DNA of 64,000 nucleotides from Sphagnum compactum (taxonomy: Eukaryota). The translations under genes were made by a program, and so were the position numbers. Shown here piece by piece: positions 41,316 through 53,255 of the stretch; position 1 is the first letter of the stretch; every line of letters begins with the position of its first letter. The stretch lies in the NCBI GenBank assembly GCA_965153455.1, contig OZ234493.1, positions 7,616,213 to 7,680,212 of the forward strand, given 5' to 3'. Below the pieces are notes generated by a model. That model was not told where the DNA came from, made no database searches, and worked only from the letters and a program-made list of their open reading frames with translations.

Positions 41316-44153
41316 TTACAACTTGTCCTCGTACTCTGAGAGAGGAGTGATTTGTTCCTTAAGACCCTTCTGTTTTCTAATGTCAGCGACAATAGTCCCT
41401 GCCTGTGAGCCTGCCTCTTGTAGGTCACTGTTCAACATCTCCCAATGATCAAACACTGCCTGGGGGAAAGCCTGTCCAGATGTTGCAGCATGAAGAGTAC
41501 CTGAGAAACCAAATGACTCAATCACTGGACGATATGCCTTGATGTTGTATCAAGGAGTTCCTGGCCACTGGATTTCCTCAAACACAAGACCCCGCTTCTG
41601 ATTCAGTACACTGTAGATGCCACCAATAGCCCCCTCTGGTGCCTGAATCTCCACCAAGTATACTGGTTCCAGAAGGCGAGGCTTTGCTGTCAGCTGAGCT
41701 GCATACATCACACGCCTGGCAGTTGGAATGACCTGACCACCACCCCGATGGATGGCATCAGCATGGAGTACAACATCACAACCCTCAAAGGCAATACCTC
41801 GCATATTCTCCTCAGCTAATGCACCCTCCTTAGTGGCCCACTGGAATGCAGCCACCACAGAATCCTTGATTTCATTCAGGTACTGCACTCCCTTACACAT
41901 GTCAACCACCATGTTCCTTGCTCCTCACCTTGGGGTCATCACGGGGACCAATGCGGCCATCATCTATGGCCTCTGCCAATCCCTCCTCCAGAGGCCTTGC
42001 CTCAAAGGAAAGGTGATTGTGCTTGTTGGGGGACTTGCTCATCACTGTACAGGATGATTTCTCCAGCACAGTCTCATGGAAGGAAACCATTGGGTTGACA
42101 CAATAATTTCTGCACCTCCCATGAAATCATCCTGCAAATCCTTCAGACAAATTTCCAAATGTAACTCTCCAGCACCTGCAATAATATGCTCCCCACTCTC
42201 CTCAATCATACACAAAACCATGGGGTCTGACTTTGCCAATCTCTTCAGACCTTCAACAAGCTTAGGCAGGTTGGATGCCACCTTGCATTGCACTGCAACA
42301 TGCACAACAGGTGACACAGAGAATTTCATGGCCCGAATAGGGTGGGCATCTACTTCCTTCTCGCCAGTCAAGGTTGCATTCTTGATGATGAACTGATCCA
42401 GTTCAACCATAGCCACTGTATTTCCAAATGGCACATCTTCCACAGATTCCTGATGCCTACCCATCCAGATCACTGTCCTTTGCACACTCTTGGTAGACAA
42501 ATCCTTCTTTCCACCTGGCATATAATTGGGCCCCATGATACGAACCTTCATACCTGTGGCCACCTTGCCAGCAAACACCCACCCAAAGGCAAAGAACCGA
42601 CCCTTGTCAGAAGCTGGAATCATCTTTGACACATACAACATGAGAGGACCCTCTGGATCACAGTTCCTGATGGCTGTTGCGTACTGGTCATCCATTGGGC
42701 CCTCATACAAGTTGTCGACCCTGTACTTCTGGGCAGTGGCAGGAGATGGCAAATGATAGATCATCATCTCAAGAAGGGCACTGCTGGCAGGCAGCCACGA
42801 TTGCATCACCCGCTTCATTAGTGCCTTTGACATCAGATCCTTCTCCTCTCCCTTGAGAGAACATCCAAGTTTAGCCATCATGGGTCACAGCTTGTCCTTC
42901 TGGTCATTCATGCAGACATTGATGATCTGCTTGATAGGGTTGTACACAAACCACACAAACCCACACTGGCATGTGGGAGATCCTGTGCTCTTGTTTGTCC
43001 ATTTCTTGATGGCTGGGTCATAGTAATTCTCACCCCACAACTGCTCCATCATTTTCTTCTCATCTACATTGAATTTTGAGGCATACATCTTGGCAAAATT
43101 GGTGAGAGTGAAGGCCCAGCCATGAAGCCCAGCCGAGAAGGCAACTGTTCCCTTCTCAGGATAGACTTGCACATCACCCAGCAGTGGATCCTCATAAGTT
43201 GCCATGATGACATTTGCATTTTCAATCACATGCTGGAAGGTCTGATATGCCTCCTCACCCTCTACCTTCAGTTCCAAAAAGCACCTGTCCATCTTGTTCA
43301 CTGTCAGCACAGGCCGATTCCTCTCACTGAGTACTTATCGAAGCACAGTGTCTGTTTGCACACAGACTCCCTCCACACAATCTACAACCACCAGTGCACC
43401 ATCTGTGATGCAAAGAGCAGCAGTCACCTCAGATGAGAAATCCACATGCCCAGGTGAATCTATCAAGTTGATGAGATAATCATTGCCATCCTTCTGTCCA
43501 TGGTAATCCTTCAGTGCCACATCCGACATCTCATGATACAGTGAAATCCCTGTGGACTTGATGGTGATGCCTCTCTCTGCCTCATCTGCCTGTGTATCCA
43601 TGAGCCGCACATCACCAGACACTTCTTGGGCAATGATACCAGCAGCAGCAACAAGTGAATCCATCAAGGTTGATTTTCCTGAAAAGCAGCAGATGCACAG
43701 CCCCATGCAAGTGGCTCCTCAGTATGATAACTTTCAACACAAAACCAGTTCCTATCAAACATCCAAAGGATTTACACTGTTGAATCAGCCTGCAACAATA
43801 TACAATCTGTGAGATGAAGACAAGCTACATACCATGATCGACATGGGCAATCACAGACATATTCCTGATATTGTGTTTTGTCCATAATCCGCCGCAACTC
43901 GTCTGAAGTAAACTTCACCTGCACCCACCATGATTAGACAAGCGCTAGCCCCCCTCAGCACTCTTAATTTCTCAGCTGCAATTCACTATCCTCCAGGCGA
44001 GGACAGCGGCCTGGAGGACAGCGGAGAGGAGGAGACACAAAGGGAACACTCTTGCATGCCGGCGGCAGCAGCAGAACATAGATGATCCGAGCTTACAAAA
44101 GGCCAATTCCTGGGAACAGTACACAATCTAGATGCTACCAAAGAATTTACCAT
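41316..44153 (-). pseudogene. EEF2: Eukaryotic elongation factor 2 (eEF2/LOS1-like) unprocessed pseudogene
   Basis: Exons: ATG 44153-44151, 43918-43833, 43678-41316. Motifs [45 protein letters not shown], diphthamide loop DAIHRGGGQ, and C-terminal PLSEYEDKL. Lesions: exon 2 is 86 nt (about 2 nt missing near 43877, frameshift); TAA 43337-43335; TGA 42887-42885; 1-nt loss near 42097; ~26-codon deletion with frameshift near 41916; TGA 41552-41550. Confidence 0.95.
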
Positions 44154-44454
44154 CGTCGCTACTGAAGAGGGATGATCGCCTCGCAGGTCCTATCGATTAG
44201 CAGAGAAACTTCGCCACACAAGCAACACAAATTTTTGCGCAAGCATGCACGACAAGCAGAAAGAAAGGGAGATAGAGATGTTACATACCATGTTGACGCC
44301 GCGAAAGGAAGCGGCTTACAGCCACAAAGCGGACACCAAGCGGCCCAGAGCGAACTATGAACGGCGAAAGCCGAGAGAGAGAGAGAAGAGAAGAGAGAGC
44401 GTGCGAGAGAAGAGAGCGAGATGTAGAGAAACAAAGAAGACGGTGGACCAAGCA

Positions 44455-44468
44455 AAACCCTATGGGCC
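44455..44468. promoter_or_regulatory. Telo-box (AAACCCTA) adjacent to site II (TGGGCC), upstream of the eEF2 pseudogene
   Basis: AAACCCTA at 44455-44462 is directly followed by TGGGCC at 44463-44468. It lies just upstream (minus strand) of a CT-rich leader and a 5'UTR intron (GTATGT donor 44288, CTTCAG acceptor 44162). This motif pair is typical of plant translation-machinery promoters. Confidence 0.6.
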
Positions 44469-44959
44469 TGCGGGCGTTTAGAGTTAGGGGCTCGCGTTGC
44501 TGCCGATGTAGTTTCCGTTCTCGGTTGAAGGTCGGAGCACACGACGGTGGGGCCACAAAAATCACGTCTAGCGCTGGACTTCTTCTCTGCAGGATTCGAG
44601 CTTCCAACCAAGAATGGGAGGTCTGTAACAACAAACAACAATACTTCAATGTTGCATGATCGAATCAGGCGTGAAAATCACTGTATGGATTCATGAGGAT
44701 TCATGAGGATTCATGGCATAGATTCCTTCAAAATCTACAAAGTAAGGTCTGAAAGATGTGTGTTGATTGATGCTTTCAGGTGTGTGGAGCACATTGGACC
44801 CCCGTTGGGAGAAGTTTGCTCTTAAACTTTGTGAATTTTTTCGACAATTTGCAATGCCTTCTTTCGAACTTCTCATCGTGAAAACTTTCCAATGAGAGGT
44901 TGTGGGAATGAAGCTCCTCTGAATTGGAAGTAAACAATCGCCGCAACCACGAGTGACTG

Positions 44960-45261
44960 GGAGATGATTACTCGTGGAGATAACATCTAGAAGAAGATAC
45001 CCATCTGGAGAGAAGTGGAAATGTATTTGCTGAGTTGATTGAGCATGACGGCATTCTGTGGACTCAATCTGAATTCCCAAATGTCTGTTCTGCAAGAAGA
45101 AAACAGGAGATGGTTACTTGTAGAGATAACATCTAGAAGAAGATGAGCATTTGGAGAGGAGAAGTGGAAATGTATTTGCTGAGGTGATTGAGCATGATGG
45201 CATTCTGTGGATCCAATCTGAGATCCCAAATGTTGGTTCTGCAAGAAGAGAATGGGAGATG
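44960..45261. repeat. Diverged tandem duplication, ~147-bp unit x2
   Basis: GGAGATG...GAGATAACATCTAGAAGAAGAT...GAGAAGTGGAAATGTATTTGCTGAG...TTCTGCAAGAAGA begins at 44960 and 45106; a third GGAGATG at 45255. Confidence 0.85.
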
Positions 45262-47781
45262 ATATCTGGTGAAGTTTGTGGAAACTGTGCTTGATTATGA
45301 CCAAGGCCCAGGTTCCATTTACTCAACTCTCCTACTACTATGAGGTGACCCCGAAAACAAATTCAGCTTCGTTTTGGAAGAGCTTTTCAAAGAGATGGAA
45401 GATTGATTTTCTTCAAAGGCACAGAGAGCTGGTCCTGAACGATGTCCATGACATGGCAGCCACCGTTGTGATACGATAGCAAACTCCAATGTCCAAGCTT
45501 CTGATGATACTTCAGGTACATCTTATGTCATCTACCTGCTATTTTATTTTGACACTTGAGTATAATATTTCTTCTTTTGATACTTGAAAGTTTCTACTTG
45601 CATGGGTAGTGAAAGTGTGGTTGGGACACCAGTGGAAGATGAAATGAATGTCTCTATTGTGAACCTGGCTGATAGACCAGATATCGAATTTCTACGAGAT
45701 TGTTTTTCTACTTTCTAAAAACAAGTCACACTTGGTGGCTTGATTTGCTCTAAGCTCTCTCAAGCAAAAAGAAAAGGAATAGAAGTAATGATGTTGTTAA
45801 AACAATATCTGCCATGTCTTCTGCAAACATGGCATCCATGATTGAGAGTTGAGAGAAGAGTGTGAGGTGTAATTCTAACAATGAATGGGCTTTTGAGCAC
45901 GAAAAGAAAATTTCCTGAAGATAATAAGCTTGCTTATTATGGAGAAATTGGTAAATGAATGTCTGGATGTAATGGGTGTGGCAGATGCACTGTCATTGTT
46001 AGTTGCAACTTGGTATTTCAACTCAATACCAAAGGAAAGATAGTTGTCAGTTTTAAATTCTTCCAATTTGTTGGATGCTCATAATGTAGTATCAATAATT
46101 GTGTAGTCACAATTGCATGCAAGGTTGTTGTCAGTACAGGATGTTCTTGTAGGCTGTTCTTGTGATATTACTAGTTATCTGTTTTTGACGTAGTTGGTTC
46201 AATTCAAGTGAAGAGGTGACAATTGCTGCCTTTCCAATTCTTTTCCACACACGAAGTTGATGCATTGTGACTTTGATAGTTGTACTATGATGGCATTATA
46301 TCCATGATTGCAAAACAGGAAACAAAATGGGGAGGTTCTTTTGCTACTTGTTCTCTTTGGTATTAGTTCTTCTAAATTCCTTTGCCTTGGTGTAATGGTA
46401 AGAAATTTCATTGTGGGGCTAGGTGGGCATTTCCTTGCTCAACTGAAATTTGGGTATGGTCAGCTTCCTTTGTTTCAATCATGTGCATTCTGTGTAGGGT
46501 AAAGTCCTAGGGTGAGGACATTCTTGAATAAGGGGCCTAGGACAAGGTGATAAGGGGCCCCAACTGATGGGCTTTGCCCATCATAAAAGTACAAGGCAAT
46601 GGTTACCATGAACCTAAACCTATGTTTCATACATCAACATCAAACAGAACAGTACTAAAACAACCAAAGTGGTAGAGACTTTTGAAACAAACAGAAATGA
46701 ACTATGAAATTGGAATGATCAAAATCAAAATCGAATTCTTGCAATTGTCTTTTCCACTTAAAAGTCATTGACATGTAGCTTCAAATGTGATCCATATACA
46801 TAAAAAGGTTTCAAAATGCCAGGGTATTCAAAACTCCAAATATCTATATGCAGATTTTGCACTTTTGTTTCTCATCTTCAACAGTGTTCATTCGCTGTAG
46901 GCCTTCTTCAAGCTTCCTCTCTTAGATGATCAGCCCAATCAATAGCTCCTCCCTTTCTGTGTGTTGACTGTTAATGACTTCTTGCATCAATTGCATCAAG
47001 TTTCCCTTAAGTTATTGTAGGGAGCATCTTCCTAATGTGGTAGCACACCATCTGCGGCAAGAACTCTCCAATAATATCATGTATCTTGCTACCTCTGACA
47101 TTTTCATACCTCCCTAATACCTTTTAGCACATTCTTGGTGGTTGGTTGGCTGAACCATAGAATTCACCTTCTTTTGTGTCCCATTGCTTGAAAGCTTGGT
47201 GCTCCCATATAATCAGTTATGTTTTGTAACTAGCAAGAGCACACTGGTTATTGTAACTAGTCTTGGTGTTCACGTGCCTTGACTATTCATGATACTTTAT
47301 GCATTCTTGTTGCTTATGTAGTCCAATGTTTATTTCGATTCTGACAGAAGATATTGGCCCAAGACACCTTTGCAAGCCTTCACTGGGTTCAAGAGAATGA
47401 ATGCAAAGCTCCAGTACAAGTTTTGGGCAATTTCAAATTGAACTATGGAGATTTTTGTTTCAGCCAAAAAGGACTTTTGTGTTTTGGAACAAATTATAAG
47501 CCTGGTGATGAGTGACCATAATAGCATCTATAGGATTCTTTTGTTCATTAGCTTCCTCATGAAGGAAAAAAAGTTGAACATATTTTATTTCCCACTCAAG
47601 ATTGACTTCAACTTTATATGTGCAAAATGTTGTAAATTGTTTCGCTTTATATATGGCGAAAAGAGGGTATAACCAATGTTGGCAAGTTCTCCAATTTGGA
47701 GTGTTGAACTTGAGGAGTTCAAGTTATTGTGACTTATTAAATTTCAATTGATACCCTTTTGGTGAAATTGACACAAGAATT

Positions 47782-47935
47782 CACTACAATAAAAGGTGTC
47801 CCTGTATGCCAAGTGATTTCACTGGATTTTGGGTGAATTCACTGGTTGTAGTGAACAAGGACCAGTGAAGAAGTAGTGAATTCACTGGTCTAGTGAACGA
47901 GGACTAGTGAAGTACATCCACATTTTGTAGTAGTG
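47782..47935. mobile_element. 154-bp CACTA-type MITE
   Basis: Left end CACTACAATAAAAGGTG; right end reverse-complemented CACTACTACAAAATGTG (14/17 match). TSD ATT at 47779-47781 and 47936-47938. Interior is packed with TTCACTGG / (T/C)AGTGAA motifs in both orientations. Confidence 0.85.
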
Positions 47936-49627
47936 ATTGGACTATGAAATTAGCCTTTTGTTAGAATTGTAATCAAAATCCGAACCTTGAATAAGAAGTC
48001 TTGAACAAAAGTTCAAGTTTCATAAGTAAGCAAGTTAAATTTTTTTGAAAAGTTGGCAAGTGGTTGTAGACTCTGTATCTATATAATTCCTAACTTTAAT
48101 TTGTTATAAAAGTATTTACTTATGCAATTTTTAATCTTGGGAAATGTGTAATGTGTACATATGGAACCAAACTCAAAATTTGAACCAAGTTTGGAGCTTC
48201 TTAAATTTGAAAAATTGTCCCAAAATGTCCATGCTTTAGAAATTTGAAGAACCGAGGTTAAACCCACAGTCAAAGTACCTACCAAATTTTTTTGGGTATC
48301 AAAACAAAAACAAGAGTTTATTTTAAAAAGGAAAAGCCAACCAATGCATACTACCCTTGAGAATTTTATTGAAGATATGCATCAAGTTTGTACATGTATG
48401 TTTAAACATGCAATCTTTTTTTTACTTCATTTACCTATCATCATTAACCTATCCATTGTACTTATTAATTTATTATTATAAGCACTCTTTAAGCCTTTAA
48501 TTAACTAGAGGCCTAATGCTTCAATATTTATAATATCTTCCAAAGTGCATCACAATTGCAATAATGATAATCACCCATGCAATATTCAAAATATCTTTAA
48601 AAAGACCCAAAAAAAGACCTTGTAGGCAAGTATATGTGAACAAGGAACTTTGATTGTGGCAATTGAATTTTCTATGCACAAATGAATTGTTGTGATTTCT
48701 AAATTGAATATTCTTTTGTAAAGGTCAAAAGCAAATTAAAGTCAAAGTCAAAGTCGCCCCACCCTAGGATCTAGAATCTCTATTGTCAACCCAAATTGAA
48801 AATTTGGGCTATGAATATTATGGGGCTTTTGGGGTCCACTTGCAAGTGGATTCCTTTGTTAAAAAGTCAATATGGGATTTGATTCTTGAAGTTCAGTATG
48901 GAAGTTAGACCTCTCATTTTTTTTAAATTTTAATTTTTGCTGAAAATGAAATATTTTGGCGATAAATTCTCTTTTTTCTTTAAAAGGTGAATTTTTTTAA
49001 ACCAAAACAAGGTTTTACTTTTCTTTTTATTATTTTTATTTTTACTGAGGGCATTGTCATTTTTATGCCTACTGGTTACACAGTTTTAAGAATTCCTTGG
49101 AATTAGGATTTTAAAAAAGGGTTTTGTGATGTATGCCTACAGAGTGGGGATTATCAAGACACTAATTTAGCCAAAGTGACAATCATTGAGAAATTAGCCC
49201 AATATTACTTCATATCATAACAATCCGGAGATTCAGGGAAAAACAATGGTATTAATATTCAAAATCTACCAAATTTTTGAAACCATTTTTTCCATGAAAA
49301 CTCCTATGTCTAGATTGAAATCATGTCTTTCAATCTCAAATTTTACGAATATTCAGTAATAAAAAAAATTCACCATAGTTGGAATAGTGCAAGAAATTAC
49401 GGAGATCTTTCATCTGGTAACCTCACCAAATTTCTCAAGATATTGAAACAAGAAAAAAACAAGGGTTGTGTGTTACACTGTGGCCTTGCCTTGTTTACAT
49501 TACGAAGTATCTTAAGGCAAAAGAATAATTATGGAAATTCAAATATTTCACCATGCAAAAATATAATCTTCAAAAAAATCCTCTAAAAGAAACCAAAATC
49601 GTTCAAGTTATTATAACTCTATTATAA

Positions 49628-49783
49628 CTAATCTCAAGTTTCAACACAAGCCAAAATATCATCTTCCAAAAATCCTCATTTAAAAATAAACCTATTACGT
49701 AGGGGCCAAAATCCCTTAAGCTACAATACTCTATAACGAATCTAAACACAATATCCTTGCCTACCAAGGCAAGGCCGACAAAC
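49628..49783 (+). repeat. Dispersed repeat family A (also 670-808 on + and 40567-40668 on -)
   Basis: Shared CTAATCTCAAGTTTCAACACAAGCCAAAA...AAAAATCCTCAT...GTAGGGGCCAAAATCCCTTAAGCT...ATACTCTATAA; the 40.6-kb copy is reverse-complemented. Confidence 0.85.
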
Positions 49784-51026
49784 TTAAATTGGGACAAGGC
49801 CTACTCCCCAGGGCCTCCCCCAACAACTACAAATTGGAATATGTTTAATCGATTTCCAAATAAAGAGGAATTCATAGAAAGATGTCTTTGGGGATTTGTG
49901 TTTTTTTAGAGTTTTTTTTTTTTTCAACACCCTAATCATGAGCAGATTTTCAATAGCTTTTGCACCAATGTGCATCCCATTTTTCCTCCATTCAATTTGT
50001 ATTCAATTGAGTTTCACTTGGATTAAATTTCAAATTTAATCTAATTCAAGTTTCAAACAATGTCATTTCATATTTTCATTTGTATGGAACTTAATTTCCA
50101 ATTCGTTTCTTCCATCAATTGATTGTCACTGGTAGTGTGAAGCCCAAGTTGATTATAGAAAAAAAACAATTGTTGGTTCTAAGGAGGATTTTCTTTTCCA
50201 TTTTGTAAGGAAGGTGAACTAGCGATGATTCACAAAAGGATTTATCCGAGTTTGGCTATAAAAGTTTTTGGAACCCCATTCATAAGTAGCCGAATTTGGC
50301 TATGCATCATAGAAGAAAATAGAAATTTTTGGGACCCTACTTCGACCACATGCTAGAACCTAGCATGTTTAGATTTAACAATTTCAAAAGAACTTCCTTG
50401 AAAATGACAACTTTGGCCTTTTCCTAAATAATCAAGATCTTCAAATTTATGATAAGAATAGTACGTGTGGAGATGCAAAGAAAGATGTAACAATTATGGT
50501 GAATGGGAACATTAGGCACAAGAATGCCTTCAACTAAAAAAAGGCCATAAATTCAAGACAACAACATAAAGCCATTCTTATTCAAGAAGATAAAGAGGAG
50601 GAAAAACATGTTTAATCAAATGATAGAAAACAATTAGAGTTGTTTGATGTAACAATATTGATAATGAACTTCAACAATATACAAGAAATCATGGTTTATT
50701 TGATTGAAAAACTAAACCAAAAATCAATCATTTTGACATTTGGTCAATTTGACCACTTAGTCATACTAGACAAATCAATTTGAACATGTTCAACTTGATT
50801 TGTGGTTTTTTATTAACCATAAAATGGTCTTTTTGATTAGTCAAATAGAATAAAAAATGGGCAACCAAAAGAAATTAATTAAAAAATAACTCAATTTGTA
50901 AACATAAAAATAATAAATAATAAATATAAGTAAGTACCTACCTACCTATCCACAACCCACCTAAGTACTATACATTTACACACATGTATATGATATATAT
51001 GAACATACATACTCCACATAGTACAT

Positions 51027-51099
51027 GTTGGTAAAGGGGATTGAACCTTGGTCTTCTTGGTTCAAAACCAATGTTTTGGCCATCAAACCACCCCACCAC
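51027..51099 (-). other. Degenerate tRNA-derived sequence (Gln-like; SINE head or pseudo-tRNA)
   Basis: Minus strand GGTGGTTTGATGGCCAAAACATTGG-TTTTGAA-CCAAGAAGACCAAGGTTCAATCCCC: A-box-like TGGTTTGATGG, TTG in a 7-nt loop, B-box-like GGTTCAATCCC. Acceptor and T stems pair poorly. Confidence 0.35.
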
Positions 51100-52608
51100 T
51101 TTATAAAACAATATGATACTAAATGCATTTAACATGTTTCCTTAAACTTCCATGAAATGTGTTAAATGTGTATTATAACATTTGAAGTTCAAATTTTTTC
51201 ATAAGTAGGTTAATGGGTTCCTAACTAAGTAAATAGATAGTTACACATGCCTACCTACCTATGTTTTTAAATGTACATACCTACTTCTGTAAACTATAAG
51301 TAAGTATGTAGGTAGATAATAGGTAGATAATAGGTAGGTATATAGATAAATAAATATAGGTAGGTAAGTAGGTAGATGGTAGGTAAGTAGGTAGGTAAAT
51401 AAATAGGACATAGGTAGGTATCTAGTAGATAAATAGGTAGGTAGGTAGGTAACCTAGTAGGCATAGCAAATAAGTTAATTAACCAAATTAATATGGCCAA
51501 TTTGATTAAATATGGACATTTAGTATGGCCAATTTGACTAAGCCATGGGCATTTTGATGGACCATTTTAAAAATTTGTCTTTCTTGACTAGACATACGAT
51601 TTAACACTTAGTCAAAATGGTCATTTGGGTCAAAAGAACCAACCCAAAGGATCATGTGTCTTTTATGCCCTCTGCTTTTAGTCAGAGTGAACATCTTTTT
51701 GGTCAATGTGAACACTTTAGTCAAATTGAACCTTTTGAAAATCGGTGACTTTTTGTAATGAATCTTGATATTGTTTGGTATTTTGACTCCAACCAAATAG
51801 TGGAAAATATAGAAAAAAAGAATATCAAGGTTTCTAGAATTAATTGAAGAGATGAATTTTTATTATATGGGTTCAAAATAATATGTGAAAACCACGAAAT
51901 TAGGAAACAACTCACCACAACTAATACACCTCATCAAAACAAGGTGGCGAAATGAAAAATTCACACATTCTTGGATAAAACAAAAAGTATGGCAATTCAC
52001 AATGGGGTACCAAATTATTTTGGATAGAAATTGTGAATACTACAATGTACTTGACAAATAGGAACCAAGTCAATCAAACAACTAATTATTGTTAGAACAT
52101 GTTTACATAAAAGTATGACCAAATCTTAAACATATGAGGGTGTTTGGTTGTCTAACTTATGTCCACATTGAAAAGAATCAAGATGGTAAAATGGGATCAA
52201 AATCTATGAAATGCATCTTTTTAGGTTACAATGATAGTTTAAAAGCATATTGTTGCTACAACCTAGAGATAAGGAAGATGGTAGTTTGAAACAATATCAT
52301 TTTCAACAAAAATATCATGGGGACTAAATTTCTACATCAAGAATAGAAAAAATAATTTGCATTGAAAAAAAGAATTCCATTATGCTTGGCATCACCTAAA
52401 AATGAACCAATAGTGGAAGTAATGCAACCAAAACTTGTTGTTGATGGAAAAAAATAAATTTCCAAAAATTAAGGATGATATAGTTAATGAAAGCCAAACC
52501 ATGTTGTTAATGAAAAAATAATGTTTTCAAAAATGGAAAATGAAGTTGATAATGGAATTGAGACATCAAGCCAAACCAAGGAAACACTAACAATTCGTCA
52601 ATTGTGAA

Positions 52609-53255
52609 GAGTACCAAGTGTTGTCATTCTAATGTTCATTAAAACATGTGGGTAAAAACATAGTCAAAGGAGCCTCCCAAGTGAATGGACATTCCTTAAA
52701 ATTGCATTTTTGTATGTTTGAAAAATCATAAGGGAAGCATAATAGTTTGGATTATTGTAATCTTTTTTGGAATATTTTCCATTAATTGTAAATTTTATTT
52801 GTTCAAAGCTTGACACATATAAAAAAAAACTCAAACCTCAAGAATGGACAATTTTTATTTTTTTCAAACATCTTTTTTTCCTACCAAAGGTGCACCATTC
52901 CTTCTAAAAATTGGAGAGGATTCTAACATTGATGACTATAAAGGCGAAAGGACTTGAATTAATGAAAACTGTTTAAATAACCAATTTGAGCACATTTGGT
53001 TCAAACATGTTTTTGACCCTAAAAATTATAGATTTTGAAAATGTGGCCTTAACAAAAGTTGTTCATATTTATGTGATACATGGCATGAATGCATAATATA
53101 TATGATATATAATCTATTTATAATCAAAAAATATTTATATCTAACATGTAGTGTTAAACTTGGTGTCCAAAATTATAAATTATAAATTATAAACCAATGC
53201 AGAAATGGCACATGCATGTGTAGTGTTTGGAAAATGACTTTTACTTTGGCACCCC
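52609..53255. mobile_element. Probable MITE-like insertion between copia integrase and RT
   Basis: Degenerate inverted ends: GAGTACCAAGTGTTGTCATT on the left, and GGGTGCCAAAGTAAAAGTCATT as the reverse complement of the right end. AT-rich non-coding interior interrupts pol. No clear TSD. Confidence 0.4.

Noticed and set aside
41316..43706. eEF2 fragments as separate functional genes or a recoded/RNA-edited gene
   Set aside because: Stops co-occur with frameshifts, a 26-codon deletion and both C>T and G>A changes. This fits DNA-level decay, not editing or readthrough.
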